Origin: Mobula hypostoma
Lineage: Eukaryota
DNA length: 64,000 bases
Reading direction: 5' to 3'
Assembly (NCBI RefSeq): GCF_963921235.1
Contig: NC_086097.1
Location: 225,124,001 to 225,188,000, forward strand
A program made the position numbers and the translations under genes. Numbering within the stretch: the stretch's first letter is position 1; each line of letters starts with the position of its first letter. Below the pieces are notes generated by a model. That model was not told the origin of the DNA, ran no database searches, and saw only the letters and a list, made by a program, of their open reading frames with translations. Positions 24,145 to 37,084 of the stretch are shown here, one piece after another.

Positions 24145-24620
24145 TCCCAACGGTGTGTGCCTGAAATAGCCTTCTTCAACCAAGTCCAGCTCCTGGCCTT
24201 CACATTGAGGTTTGGCTACTAAGCCTGGTGGAACCATTTCTACTGACAGGAGAAGGGGCAAAGGTGCCTTAAAACTAATCACTGTAGGCAGATGGGGTTC
24301 ATCAGCCATGGCTCTCCATGGAGAAGGAAAACTCTGATCTCAAAGCTCTACTGCCTTGCGGTTATACCTACTGAAATCCGGAGCTGCAGTCGCTAAGGCA
24401 GCCCTACATTGAGTTAAATGCTGATTGGTAACTCCTACGACGCTGCTGGTGCCAAACTGTATCGGTCTCTGCCGTTCCTTTGGGTTTATCGGATGGATGG
24501 AGAGGGGGAGCTTGCTACATGGGCATCGGCTTGATCTCCATATTGTCCTGCCTGTGTTGCATATCTAAACAGCTAGGACACGACATCTCTGGTCGACTCT
24601 GACCAACGGAGGCCTCATTT
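24145..24620 (+). mobile_element. RTE 5'-UTR-derived short element
   Basis: GGAGAAGGAAAACTCTGATCTCAAA motif recalled from RTE 5' UTRs, GC-richer than flanks, 3' GGTCGACTCTGACCAACGG. Confidence 0.5.
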
Positions 24621-24859
24621 ATTATGTTTTGTCTTCACAGTGTGTCCCTTTATTCATGTTGTCCAGAAACTGACATTGATGGATTCACCCCAATACTGCT
24701 GAATCAGGAGGATGTAGGAAATTTGCAGATAGGCTGGTTGTTAGGAAAGGCATGGGATTGGGTTGGGAATGTTGTTGCTGGTATGGCTTGACTGATTTCT
24801 GAGTGTGGAAAAAAAATTGTTACAGGTTCTGAAGATAAATCGCAATGATGTGTGAGAAA

Positions 24860-24985
24860 GAGACACGCACACAAAAGAGACTGCCAATGCTGGAACCTGA
24901 AACAAAATACAAGATGCTGGAGGAACTCAATGTATGCAGTACATGTGGAGGGAAATGGACAGTTGACATTTTGGATCAAGAGAGT
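24860..24985 (-). mobile_element. Penelope-like pLTR fragment
   Basis: AGACTGCCAATGCTGGAA...GATGCTGGAGGAACTCA...ACAGTTGACATTTTGG. Confidence 0.7.
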
Positions 24986-26399
24986 GGTGATAAGGGGGTG
25001 TGATTTTTGATTCCTAATGTTGAGTGGCCCAATAACAACAACCAACCAATAATGTATTCTAAGCCCGAGGGTACTGAAATGAAGGGCAGTCTGAGCGTCG
25101 TATGGTCTATTTGTGGAATTTAAATAACTTAAGCTTTGAGAATTGTGAGGAAAAATGTCCTCTCCTTGCAGCTGAGGAACAGCGTGGTTAAAGTAATTCC
25201 CTTTCTCACAAGGTTGTTATTGCTTCCCTTTAGATTCTAATGCTCAGGAAATCTTACAGACAGGGCTAAGCCTAGTAGCCTAGATAAAGTATGAAGATAA
25301 CTACCTAAGTCTTAGAATGGTTACCCGAACCACATGGTTTCTAAGGGTTGCAACAATCCACTCACTCCTCATTTATTTGTATAGAAATTATCCTGATGCT
25401 TCTTTGCACTGTCTGTGTTTTAGCTCTTCAATAACATTTTCATCATATTTAACATACAATGAACCAAATGTAACTTCTATTTATGGTAACCATTAATTAC
25501 ATTTTATTGAAGAAAAATCTTTTGTTTCTGAAATGATTTTAATCACTAGAGTCAATTTTCTCGATATTATACTTTTCACATGCCATTTTAAGATCAATGT
25601 AACGTCAGCTGGAATAAGGATGTCTTTATGTTTATTATGCAGATAAGGAAGATAGATTTAATCAGAAGCCACAACAAATTAATTTTTAAAAACCAATTGA
25701 TTAGAAGAAAACATACTCATTGGGCAATTTAAATGCTGTCATAAGCTTTGAGAAGAAAATGTTTGAAATGTAATCTCTGCTACTCATGCCTTTCCCATAA
25801 TTATGCTGCAGTGTTATTTTTCAACCATAAAAATTAAGTCTCACCCATTGATGCTGTGTGTGAGGGCTTTTAAATGTAGTTTAAGGTGCCATGGTTGTTA
25901 ATGATGACCCCGGGGATTTTGTCTGGTTAATAAATGATGATGGTTTCACTGAAAGATTAAATCTCTCTCATAATTGCTGTAATATCAGTAGAATTTAATT
26001 TACTCAGAGTTATTGGGAAATAATTCTGCTTTCGCTCAATGTATTTGGATATTTATTTGTTTTTATACATTTCTTGCAGGTGACACAGGCAGCATTCCAG
26101 CAATGAAAATAAATGCCCTCTATCCAGCCAAACACTCATTCAAGGATAAAATTCTATAGCCTAGAATAAAAGGGAGAAGTAACAGTAATGAATCACCAAC
26201 CAATTTTGCAATGGAGCATATGTGGCAACATCCTCTGGAATACAAAAGACAAAACTAAACCTTGTCGCACAGAAATTATTTGCAATTATATCCTGCCCCT
26301 CTACAGAGCAGCCTTCTACTGTATAAACATTTAATTTTGTGAGCTGATTAGAACTTCAGTTTTATTAACTATTCCTGCCATAAAAATCAGAAATTAAAA

Positions 26400-26550
26400 T
26401 CCTTCAGGTGCTGGAATCTGAAATAAAAAGAGAAAATGCTGACAAATCAAGTCTTCTGATGAAAATACAGTCTTGACAGATTAACTGTTTCAATCATCAG
26501 TGCTGCTGCCTGACAAGATAAATATTTTCAGCATTTTTAGTTTTTGTGTC
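26400..26550. mobile_element. Ancient fold-back pLTR derivative
   Basis: AAAAGAGAAAATGCTGACAAAT is inverse to ATATTTTCAGCATTTTTAGTTTT, with CTGATGA between them. Confidence 0.5.
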
Positions 26551-26609
26551 TTAGAGACATAGAGTTGTACATCATGGAACCAGCCCTTCTGGCCACATAT
26601 CAATATTTG

Positions 26610-26965
26610 GGTATTGGTGTGGAGATACATCTCTACCAAAGGAGGTGTAAGGCACTCCTTCCCTCTGCTAGTCTATAGATCAAGGTGTAGCCTCTACTTG
26701 GCACCCCCACCCCTGATCAGGATCACATGAGGCCATACGAACAGCTGGTGCATATCACAAGCCCTGAGACCACTGACACCATACAGCCAATCTCTAAAGA
26801 GTATTGATAACGGCTGGGGTCATCCGTCTTGTAAAGACACTGCCCAGAAGAAGGCGATGGCAAACCACTTCTGAGGAAAAATTTGCCAAGAACAATCATG
26901 GACATAGAAAGGCCACAAACGTCCATGTCATTTGACATGGCACAGACGAACGAATGAATGAATGT
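26610..26965 (+). mobile_element. RTE-associated short element with (GAAT)n tail
   Basis: Homologous to 85-270. Ends GAACGAATGAATGAATG. Confidence 0.7.
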
Positions 26966-27226
26966 TGACAATCGTGCCAATCTTTACTAAGGCCATTTGC
27001 CTGCATTGATACCATATCCCTCTTTGCCCGGTTCATTCAATGTGCCTCATAAATGTCATTTCTGTTAATGCTTCCACAACTACTCTGGCAGCTTATTCCA
27101 CAAACTATCTACTATTTATGTGAAACATTTACCCTTCAGATCCGCTTAAAACCTCCTTGCTTTCATCTTGAACTAGAGCCTCTAGTTTTAGACACCCCTG
27201 ATATGAGAAGAGACACTGGATATCCA

Positions 27227-27364
27227 GTCCTGAGGAAGGGTCTCGGCCCAAAACAATGACAATTTACTCTTTTCCATAGATGCCGCCTGACCTGCTGAGT
27301 TTCTCCAGTGATTTGAGTGTGTTGCTTTGGATTTTCAGCATCTGCAGACTTTTTTGTGTTTGTT
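27227..27364 (+). mobile_element. Solo Penelope pLTR with 11-bp TSD
   Basis: CTGGATATCCA at 27216-27226 and 27365-27375. Starts GTCCTGAGGAAGGGTCTCGGCCC and ends CAGCATCTGCAGACTTTTTTGTGTT. Confidence 0.85.
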
Positions 27365-27718
27365 CTGGATATCCACTATATCCATTCCTCTCACAATGTT
27401 ATATACATCTATCATGTCACTCCTCAGCATTCTTGCTCCAGCGAAAGCAGACCTACACTTATCAATTTTTCATGATAACCCAGGCTCTTTAATCCAGGTA
27501 ACATCCTCGCCAAACTGTTCTGCGCCCTCTCTTGCTTAGTCACATCCTTCCTATCGTATTCCTTGCTATATAGAGTTTGTGAGTATGTGTTAATGGTGCC
27601 AATCTATATTTTGCACTTTATTAAATGTTTTTAAAACCTGACATTTTCTTTATGGTTTGCTGTTGTGCAAATGCTACAATATGATTGGCTGGTTTGCTGG
27701 TTTGATGACATCATTGTT

Positions 27719-27733
27719 GCTGCCCCCTAGAGA
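27719..27733 (-). promoter_or_regulatory. CTCF-like motif
   Basis: Minus strand TCTCTAGGGGGCAGC in unique sequence. Motif match only. Confidence 0.45.
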
Positions 27734-27915
27734 GACATGGAACTGATACCTGACAACAGACGATGTAGGAATGGGAGCTCACACTACAAGAAACACTAAA
27801 TATTTTTATAGATAGTGCTTTATGAGGTTTGAAGTGAATGCCATTGTTCCCTGACAGAGTACAAAATAGGACCATCCACTGGTTAAGCTGCTGTGTGGAC
27901 TGCAAAGAAAGAGTT

Positions 27916-28145
27916 AATACTTTATACTTTATACTTTATTGTCGCCAAACAATTGATACTAGAACGTACAATCATCATAGCGATATTTGATTCTGCGCTT
28001 CCCGCTCCCTGGATTACAAATCGATAGTAAATATTAAAAATTTAAATTATAAATCATAAATAGAAAATAGAAAAATGGAAAGTAAGGTAGTGCAAAAAAA
28101 CCGAGATGCAGGTCCAGATATTTGGAGGGTACAGCCCTCCAAATA
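27916..28145 (-). mobile_element. Young Rex1-type 3' UTR fragment
   Basis: Minus strand ends GACAATAAAGTATAAAGTATAAAGTA. CpGs are retained. Confidence 0.6.
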
Positions 28146-28524
28146 GCAATACCTTGACAGGAATACCTACATTTGTTTGAGAAGGAGAGAGGATGGACCA
28201 TTTTTTTTGGAAATATTGGGAACCAGGACTACATTATCATTAGTTACCTGGTCAGTGACCATTCAGAGTGACTGGTTATTCAGAATATTTCCTTAACTAA
28301 TCAAAAATAAATTGCTGATTGGAGGTAGGGTTGGAGGGGAAGGAGCTGTGACTGGTGGTCATCAGATTTGAGGGCTGTGCTGGGTTAGGGGCAATAAGAA
28401 TTAGGGAACTTGGGGTTCACTGCAGAAAGGAGAGTGGATGGGAGGAGAGGGGTAAGTCATGCGTTTGGAATGGGGAGTGTGAACAAAAATGCTGGATTTG
28501 GAAGATTTCTTTGATATGTGGCAG

Positions 28525-29000
28525 TTCAGAATCAGAGTCCTGTTTATTATCACTGGCATATGTCCTGAAATTTCTTTCTTTGCAGCAGTAGTAATGTGCA
28601 AGGTCTTCTCTGAGCACTGTCACCTTGTCACAGTTGAGAGGCTTATGAGTCGCTGAGATTTGGAGAGTGACACTGTCTGAAGTTCACCTCCTGTGGCGAT
28701 AGGCAAATTGCAGCGCGTCCAGGTCCTTGCTGAGGCAGGAGTTCATTCTTACCATGACCAACCTCTCAAAGCATTTCAACACTGTAGATGTGAGTGCTAC
28801 TGGATGATAGTCACTAAGGCAGCTCACACTACTTTTTTTGGTATAATTGTTGCCCTTTTGAAGCAGGTGTAAACTTCCGACGGTAGCAGTGAGAGGTTGA
28901 AAATGTCCTTGAATACTCCCGCCTATTGGTTGGCACAAGTTTTCAGAGCCTTACCAGGTACTCCAACGGGGCCTACCGCCTAGCAAGGTGTGCCCTCTTC
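28525..29000 (-). mobile_element. Rex1/Babar LINE fragments (tail plus RT N-terminus)
   Basis: [31 protein letters not shown]. Tail GATTCTGA at about 28525. Confidence 0.85.
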
Positions 29001-29706
29001 ATGACTACATCAATGTGTTGGGCCCAGGATCTCTTTGTTCCTTAAAACCCATGACCATTGTTCTATAAAATGGATCTGATTAGACTTACCTCTCTTTAGC
29101 CACAGGTTTCCCCACAGCCCCAGGGAATTCAGGCAATCAGCAGTAATCTAAATTCACTGTCAAATCAGTGAAAATGGAGCCAGTTCACTAACATATTTAA
29201 ATCAGTGACTTACCTCTTTAGAACAAGTTAATGGGACCCATGCCAAACCCACAATTATTGTATATAATTATGATGAGTTAGATGTGGATTTCACAAATTT
29301 GCTTCTTTAAGTCACTCTGTAATATTCCATCTGTCTAGAGAAGTTAAATTTTCACCTCACTCTCCAAAATATTCACTGGATGAGAAGTGCCTGCCAACCA
29401 TTATTGGATCTTAAGTTGTAATCATAGTTATGTGCCATTGTTGAACACTTTTTAAAAAATTTATGTTATTATTTTTAACAATAAATTGGAATTTGGGATA
29501 ACATAAATTGGAGAGAATGTAACCGTGCTTAGCTACTGGGATGATGGGAGAGGCCAATAACAGGACCTGTAGCACCAGCTCAGGTCAAAGTGCACTGTAA
29601 CAGTGTAATAAGTTTATAGATTTCCTAGTCACCATGAGTACGGATAGAAGAATTTATAATAGGAAAGCTAACCTACTGACTGACAAAGATATAAAACAAT
29701 GTAAAG

Positions 29707-29751
29707 GTGTGTGTGTGTGTGTGTGTGTGTGTCTCTGTCTGTCTGTCTGTC
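29707..29751. repeat. (GT)n plus (CTGT)n microsatellite
   Basis: Seen directly. Confidence 0.95.
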
Positions 29752-29754
29752 ACT

Positions 29755-29935
29755 GGTTGATGGTGTAGTGGCTTCAGCACCAGACTTTGAGGCAAATAGT
29801 TCCAAGTTCAAATTTGGCTGGCTCCCTGCGCACTTCCCTTCCGTGCTGGGTTGAGCGTTGAGCTAGCAACTCGGTCTTGAAAAAAAACAGTTAAATACTA
29901 TTGAGCGGCACAAATGCCACCCCTTGCACCACAAG
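29755..29935 (+). mobile_element. tRNA-headed SINE with RTE-like body
   Basis: A box TGGTGTAGTGG, B box GTTCAAAT, body GGGTTGAGCGTTGAGCTAGCAACTCGG. Confidence 0.75.
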
Positions 29936-30699
29936 TGTGTGTGTATATATGATATAATGCTTAAATTTTATTGATGAATCTATGTAGAATCACTTCATGA
30001 CAAAGATCAAATGCATATTATTTCGAAATATTGACTGCATAGATTATACATGCTTTCCAATATACATTTAATATTTTAATGAACTATTTTGTATATTTAA
30101 AATCAATTACTTTTAATTTCCTTGGCTTCAGCCTTATATTTCTGCAATTATATGAAATATCCAAATATAATTAAATTTAATTTTTCAATTACATTCTTAT
30201 CAAGTTCAATGTAATTTCTCTCAACCACTGGGTCCATTTTACATCAATTTCTTTAATTTTAACCAATATTCCCTTTGTTCCCCTCAACTCTTATGGATAA
30301 TTTTCCTTCTTCACTTTCCCAGAGGAGAGCTGTGCCCCTGGCATTCGTTCCTCGTAATTGACTCATAAATGATCAAAAGATCATGGGCAAAGTACAAATG
30401 AGTTTTCAGAGTGCACTCCCGATGCCAGAGACACTTCACTGGAAGCAGAAACTCAGTGAAGTACCTTGTTAAAATGTGCCAGCACAATAAAAATTTTCCA
30501 TTAGAATATTGAATCCTCTTTCCTTTGATCATGGTCCAACATTCTTAGAGTCATATGGCTTAGAAACAGAACTTTTGGCCCAACATGTCATTACTGACTA
30601 TCATACACATCAATAAAAATTCCATTTAACAATTCTTGATTTGTAATCTTGTTTGCCTTGGTAATTCAAATATTCATCCAGAATCTTTTTAAATGCTGC

Positions 30700-31050
30700 G
30701 AGATAGGGGAACTGGAATGGGTAATGGAAAAAGAGGAGGGGAAGAAGCTACCCGATGTTAGATAAATTGATGTTCATCCCTTCAGGTTGGAGGTTACCCA
30801 GAAAGAAGGTGAGGTTTTGCTCCGCCTGCCTGAGTGTGGCCTCACTGCGGCAATAGAGGAGGACATGTAGCAATGTGTCAGGAATGGGAGTGTGAAGTGG
30901 ATTTGATATAGATGACCACAAGGAATTGCTGCCCTTTGTAATGGACGGAGCGAAGGTGCTCGGCGAAATGGTCCTCCAATCTATGTCATGTTTCAGTGAT
31001 GTAGAAGAAGCCACACTCTGAACACAGGATACAGTAGATAGCTTCTCACT
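30700..31050 (-). mobile_element. Penelope-like GIY-YIG C-terminal fragment
   Basis: LLYCRSEATLRQAEQNLTFFLGNLQPEGMNINLSN resembles the PLE terminus EEQHLIFRLGSLQPDGMNIDFSN. Confidence 0.8.
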
Positions 31051-31474
31051 TTCCATCCTATCTCTAACCCTCAGAAGACAACATTGGAGTAAATCTTGTA
31101 CTTTTTAAATGAGAGGGTGTGGATATTACAGACAGAAAGTGTGAATATTTATGCCCATCTCTGAATAGATTCAAACTGAGGAAGTAATGAATTTGGCGAC
31201 ACAAGGGAGGTAGAATGAGCAGGAGGGCAGATTTCTTTCTGTGACAAATATCATTGAACTAGATGGGTTTTGATAACAATACAGTGCCTCTATTGTCTGT
31301 GTTTTGCTTTTAATTCCAGCTGCCAGACTGGGGTCTGAACATGCCTATAGATAAATGTTCTAAATCTTCCGCTGCTGGTGCAGTAATCTAACAGTGATAC
31401 TACCACACCCTCAATAGCTACCTCAGCTGCACTGAGAAATTTATGCTAGTCAATATTGCCTGTGAAATGGGAAA

Positions 31475-31955
31475 GGGTTCAAAGGAAGTCTATGAAAATG
31501 ATTCCAGGATTGAATGGCTTGTCATATGAAGAACATTTGTTGGTTCTGGGCCTGAATTCACTGAAATTCAGAAGACTGAGAGGTGATCTCATTGAAACCT
31601 GTTGAGTGGTGAAAGGCTTTGATAGAGTGGATGTGGAGAAGATGTTTCCTTTGGTGGGAGAGTCTAAGACCAGAGGACACACTCTCAGAATAGAGGGGCG
31701 TACTTTTAGAACGAAGATGAGAGCAATTTCTTTAGTCAGAGAGTGGTAAATGTGTGGAATTCATTGTCACAGGCAGCTGTAGAGGTTAAGTCTTTCTATA
31801 TTTTTAAGGCAGAGGTTGACAAATTCTTATTGGTCAGGGCGTGAAGTGATATGGGGAGAAGCCTGAGAGGAAAAATGGATCAGCCATGATGAAATGGTGG
31901 AGTAGACTCGATGGGCCAAACGGCCTTATTCTGCTCCTGTGTCTCATGATCTTAA
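31475..31955 (+). mobile_element. CR1 3' fragment
   Basis: FRRLRGDLIET, MFPLVGESKTRGH and SQRVVNVWNSL remnants plus 3' UTR. Confidence 0.88.
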
Positions 31956-32094
31956 CTTTTCTATTAGCAATGTCTACATTCATAATGGAAATATTGAGTT
32001 AACCCTGTCATACAGTTCTATCTTCCCACCAATAGGGGTGCTGCCATACCAGCTCACACATATGAGGAAGGTCCCATTAAAATATGAACCTGAG

Positions 32095-32565
32095 GTCAGG
32101 CAGCATCTGTGGAAGAAGAAACAATTAACTTTTCAGGTTTTTGATCAAAACTGGAAAAGAAAAATAGGTTAGCTTTCGGTGGCAGTGAAGAAGAGGAGGA
32201 AAGTCAATAGAACAAAGAGAATAAAGGGACCAATGCAGCAGTTAATGAACAGTTAAAAAGAAATTAAGCTTCTTTGCTTGTGTAATGTGTAGGTAATGAG
32301 AAAATTATGGAGGAAAGAAAGAAAATGATGGCAAGTAGAATTCGCCAGTTCAAACACACACAAAAAGAAAACGTGGGTTACTTAAAGTTGGAGATGTCGA
32401 TATTGTATCCACCAGGCTGCAACATGTCTACATGGAAGATGAGGTGTTGTTCTTAGAGCTTGTGCTGGGCTTTGTTGTAACAGTGCAGGACGTTACAGGC
32501 AGAAAGATTAGAGTGGATAACAGATGCTGAATTAAAGTGGCTGCCTATTCAAAGTTCAGAATCAC
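32095..32565 (-). mobile_element. Ancient Penelope-like 3' fragment
   Basis: Minus strand encodes KL*EQHLIFHVDMLQPGG. pLTR-like CAGGCAGCATCTGTGGA at about 32097. Confidence 0.6.
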
Positions 32566-33472
32566 TACTGTTAGCATAATAAAAGCCTGTGTAGATTACG
32601 TAGACAGAACCAATTTTGAATTAGGTATGGAAATTTATAGTAAGAATGTATGTATTAAATATCTAAAATGGGAGAACATTAGTTTAAAACAGAGCCTTGA
32701 TACCTCTTCTTATCTACATGGAAATCAATCACATAAGGCCATTCATAGTCCACTAGAATGTGTTGGATTTGAAGTGACCGTGGGCAAGTCTTGTGATGAC
32801 TTCAGAAGAAAAGGGACTCACTTTCAAAATCCTGTAAATCTCCACTGCATGCTCTGTAATGCTTTCCATAATCTGAGTGATACAAAGTTATGGAAGCTGC
32901 TGATATTTGTGACTACTATATCTAAGATGCTGCCCACAGAAAGGGGAGCCTAACTTCCATATTACCTTTTGTAATATTTGGTTTCCACCAAAGAAGGTGA
33001 AATTGGTCTTGTTTAATTCAGAATACCCAGCAAAACAGGCATTCTATCCCGCAGGCAATAAATAACATAAGTGAATATTTCACTATGAATTGGAGGAGGT
33101 GCCTTCTCCCAACAAGGTCCCTCTCCCCTGTCTCCGTCCTTAATCTGAACTCGGCTTCCACTTCCGCTCTCCTACAGACACAGCTTCCAAACTCCTGATT
33201 ACTTCGCACCGTCTGCTTATTTCCTACTTGACCACACAGTGGATTTTCCCTCTTCTCAGAGTTGCTGCTGGCAAGGCAGTAGCTCAAAACTGCAAGATAA
33301 TTCGGCAGCACTTTCCAAACCCATAACTACCACCATCTAACTCAAGCACAGTAAAAACATGGGAACACCACCACCTAGAAATTACTGCTGGATCTCTGTT
33401 TTTTTCCTGATCCTTAGGGTTCTACCGGGAGTCAAGAATGATGAGTCAGGAATTGGCACCTGATTAGTTCCA

Positions 33473-35854
33473 ATGGTTTAGACGGGGCAGAGTTTGTTAA
33501 GTGTGTCCAGGACGGATTCCTGTCACAATATGTGGACAGGCCGACCAGGGGGAATGCCATACTAGATCTAGTACTAGGTAATGAACCGGGTCAGGTTACA
33601 GATCTCTCAGTGGGTGAGCATCTGGGGGACAGTGACAACGGCTCCCTGGCCTTTAGCATTATCATGGAAAAGGATAGAATCAGAGAGGACAGGAACATTT
33701 TTAATTGGGGAAAGGCAAGTTATGAGGCTATAAGGCTAGAACTTGCGGGTGTGAATTGGGATGATGTTTTTGCAGGGAAATGTATTATGGACATGTGGCC
33801 GATGTTTAGAGATCTCTTGCGGGATGTTAGGGATAAATTTGTCCCAGTGAGGAAGATAAAGATTGGTAGGGTGAAGGAAACATGGGTGACAAGTGAGGTG
33901 GAAAATCTAGTCAGGTGGAAGAAGGCAGCATACATGAGGTTTAGGAAGCAAGGATCAGATGGGTCTATTGAGGAATATAGGGAAGCAAGAAAAGAGCTTA
34001 AGAAGGGGCTGAGAAGAGCAAGAAGGGGGCATGAGAAGGCCTTGGTGAGTAGGGTAAAGGAAAACCCCAAGACATTCTTCAATTCTGTGAAGAAAAAAAG
34101 GATGACAGGAGTGAAGGTAGGACCGATTAGAGATAAAGGTGGGAAGATGTGCCTGGAGGCTGTGGAAGTGAGCGAGGTCCACAATGAATACTTCTCTTCA
34201 GTATTCACCAATGAGAGGGAACTTGATGATGGTGAGGACAATATGAGTGAGGTTGATGTTCTGGAGCATGTTGATATTAAGGGAGAGGAGGTGTTGGAGT
34301 TGTTAAAATACATTAGGACAGATAAGTCCCCGGGGCCTGACGTAATATTCCCCAGGCTGCTCCACGAGGCGAGAGAAGAGATTGCTGAGCCTCTGGCTAG
34401 GATCTTTATGTCCTCGTTGTCCATGGGAATGGTACCGGAGGATTGGAGGGAGGCGAATGTTGTCCCCTTTTCAAAAAAGGTAGTAGGGATAGTCCGGGTA
34501 ATTATAGACCAGTGAGCCTTACGTCTGTGGTGGGAAAGCTGTTGGAAAAGATTCTTAGAGATAGGATATATAGGCATTTAGAGAATCATGGTCTGATCAG
34601 GGACAGTCAGCATGGCTTTGTGAAGGGCAGATCGTGTCTAACAAGCCTGATAAAGTTCTTTGAGGAGGTGACCAGGCATATAGATGAGGGTAGTGCAGTA
34701 GATGTGATCTATATGGATTTTAGTAAGGCATTTGACAAGGTTCCACATGGTAGGCTTATTCAGAAAGTCAGAAGGCATGGGATCCAGGGAAGTTTGGCCA
34801 GGTACATTCAGAATTGGCTTGCCTGCAGAAGGCAGAGGGTCGTGGTGGAGGGAGTACATTCAGATTGGGGGGTTGTGACTAATGGTGTCCCACAAGGATC
34901 TGTTCTGGGACCTCTACTTTTCGTGATTTTTATTAACAACCTGGATGTGGGGGTAGAAGGGTGGGTTGGCAAGTTTGCAGACACCACAAAGGTTGGTGGT
35001 GTTGTAGATAGTGTAGAGGATTGTCAAAGATTGCAGAGAGACATTGATAGGATGCAGGAGTGGGCTGAGAAGTGGCAGATGGAGTTCAACCCGGAGAAGT
35101 ATGAGGTGGTACACTTTGGAAGGACAAACTCCAAGGTAGCGTACAAAGTAAATGGCAGGATACTTGGTAGTGTGGAGGAGCAGAGGGATTTCAGGGTACA
35201 TGTCCGCAGATCTCTGAAAGTTACCTCACAGGTGGATAGGGTAGTTAAGAAAGCTTATGGGGTGTTAGCTTTCATAAGTCGAGGGATAGAGTTTATGAGT
35301 CGCGATGTAATGATGCAGCTCTATAAAACTCTGGTTAGGCCACACTTGGAGTACTGTGTCCGGTTCTGGTCACCTCACTATAGGAAGGATGTGGAAGCAT
35401 TGGAAAGGGTACAGAGGAGATTTACCAGGATGCTGCCTGGTTTAGAAAGTATGCATTATGATCAGAGATTAAGGGAGCTAGGGCTTTACTCTTTGGAGAG
35501 AAGGAGGATGAGAGGAGACATGATAGAGGTGTACAAGATAATAAGAGGAATAGATAGAGTGGATAGCCAGCGCCTCTTCCCCAGGGCACCACTGCTCAAT
35601 ACAAGAGGACATGGCTTTAAGGTAAGGGGTGGGAAGTTCAAGGGGGTTATTAGAGGAAGGTTTTTTACTCAGAGAGTGGTTGGTGTGTGGAATGCACTGC
35701 CTGAGTGAGTAGTGGAGGCAGATAGACCAGTGAAGTTTAAGAGACTACTAGACAGGTATATGGAGGAATTTAAGGTGGGGGCTTATATGGGAGGCAGGGT
35801 TTGAGGGTCGGCCAAAGGGCCTGTACTGTGCTGTACTATGTTCTATGTTCTATG
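33473..35854 (+). mobile_element. Young 5'-truncated CR1 (HER1-like) LINE
   Basis: Continuous ORF2 homology and tail CTGTACTATGTTCTATGTTCTATG. Confidence 0.95.
33532..35708 (+). pseudogene. CR1 ORF2 pseudogene (endonuclease C-terminus, linker, reverse transcriptase)
   Basis: PTRGNAILDLVL, KSPGPD, NYRPVSLTS, QHGF, DFSKAFDKV and GVPQGSVLGPLLF. Frameshift near 34468, FADD changed to FADT at about 34974-34985, premature stop at 35706-35708. Confidence 0.92.
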
Positions 35855-36254
35855 AGTAGCCTTGATTCCAAGATTTCAGTTTATTTTTGAGTACAAACAA
35901 ACCCACAAATACTAATCAAACTAAATAAGGAGCATAGGACCTATGCTAAGAGGTGTATAGACAAAGTAATGAAGAAGCCAAGATGGTGTTGCTAAAAATT
36001 CCATCTCTTATATAGATATGGTAAGAAACTCCTTAGATAAAGATAAACTAGTTAATAGGCCACGTAATTAAAACAATTAAATTATTTTGGGTAATATGCT
36101 AATACTTGACCAAAGTAAAATGAGAAAGGTGAAAAACCATCAGTTTAGCTGCTATACCGCTTTCTGCCAGTGAGTGGGGATACATGAGCTTGTTAAAATG
36201 TACAAATCTTATAAAAAGTATTAATAAAAAGACACGGTGGTTTCCAACATTACC

Positions 36255-36440
36255 CCCCTCCCCCAATCCTGACTTGGAAACTTATCATCAGTCCTTCACC
36301 GTCTCTGTGTTTCACCCTAACAACATAACCGCACCTCGAGGACTGCAATAGTTCAGGAAGACAGCTCACAAACGCCTTCTCAAGGGCAATTAGGGAAGTG
36401 CAATTAAATGCTGACTCAATCTGCGAAGCCCACATCCTTT
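36255..36440 (+). mobile_element. Ancient CR1/L2-clade 3' end
   Basis: CCTTCTCAAGGGCAATTAGGG...TAAATGCTG...GCCCACATCC recalled as a LINE tail. A related piece lies at about 33305-33385. Confidence 0.5.
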
Positions 36441-37084
36441 CAATTAATGTATAAAATCCATTTATTCATGAAATTAAGAAATGCTGAAGATAAGCAGCAG
36501 GATCATTGGCATTCATAAAAGGGAGAAACAGATAAACATCAGGGGCTTGGACATTTTGTTAGAAGTAGAAAAATAAAGGGACAGAAAGAAGAAAGGTTAA
36601 AGGTAACTGATCAGGTAGTTTTGCAGTAAAATGAATGTATTCCTCCTGTTTATGCAATGAAAGCAGAAAACACAATGGTAACAGAATGACAAGTCAATAA
36701 ATATTTAATAAATAGCGAAGACAACTTGCTCGTTAAAATGCATTTGCACTAGCTTTTTCTCAGGCCTTCTAATTAAGCTTGCTATTGGTCATAAGGTTAC
36801 CATTGAACATCGTAAACCTCTACAAATATCCACCATTAATATGGTGCTATACGTATCTTGATAGTAGAAATTGTCCACAATTAGATCTGAACCTGCTTGT
36901 ATGCATGATAAATATACATTTCATGTTGGTACTTAATTGGTGCTTAAATATTGTAGATGTTCATCATCTATCTCCAATATAAATTATAGACACTCTATAA
37001 TGACACAGGTCCAGTAAAGCTCTGTAATTTGGGTAAAACTGATTCTATTTAAATTTATTTAACTCCCTACAACTCAGCAATTTA

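Larger units (their letters stand above)
26553..27560 (-). mobile_element. Old CR1 3' fragment with two nested insertions
   Basis: Reverse CR1 tail at 26553-26605. Body continues at 26965-27215 and 27376-27560. Confidence 0.7.

Noticed and set aside
33720..34577. 285-aa minus-strand ORF, and similar ORFs at 39871-40452 and 8647-8934
   Set aside because: Antisense shadows of CR1 ORF2.
34443..35708. 421-aa RT ORF as an active or domesticated gene
   Set aside because: 5'-truncated, frameshifted, catalytic FADD changed to FADT, premature stop.
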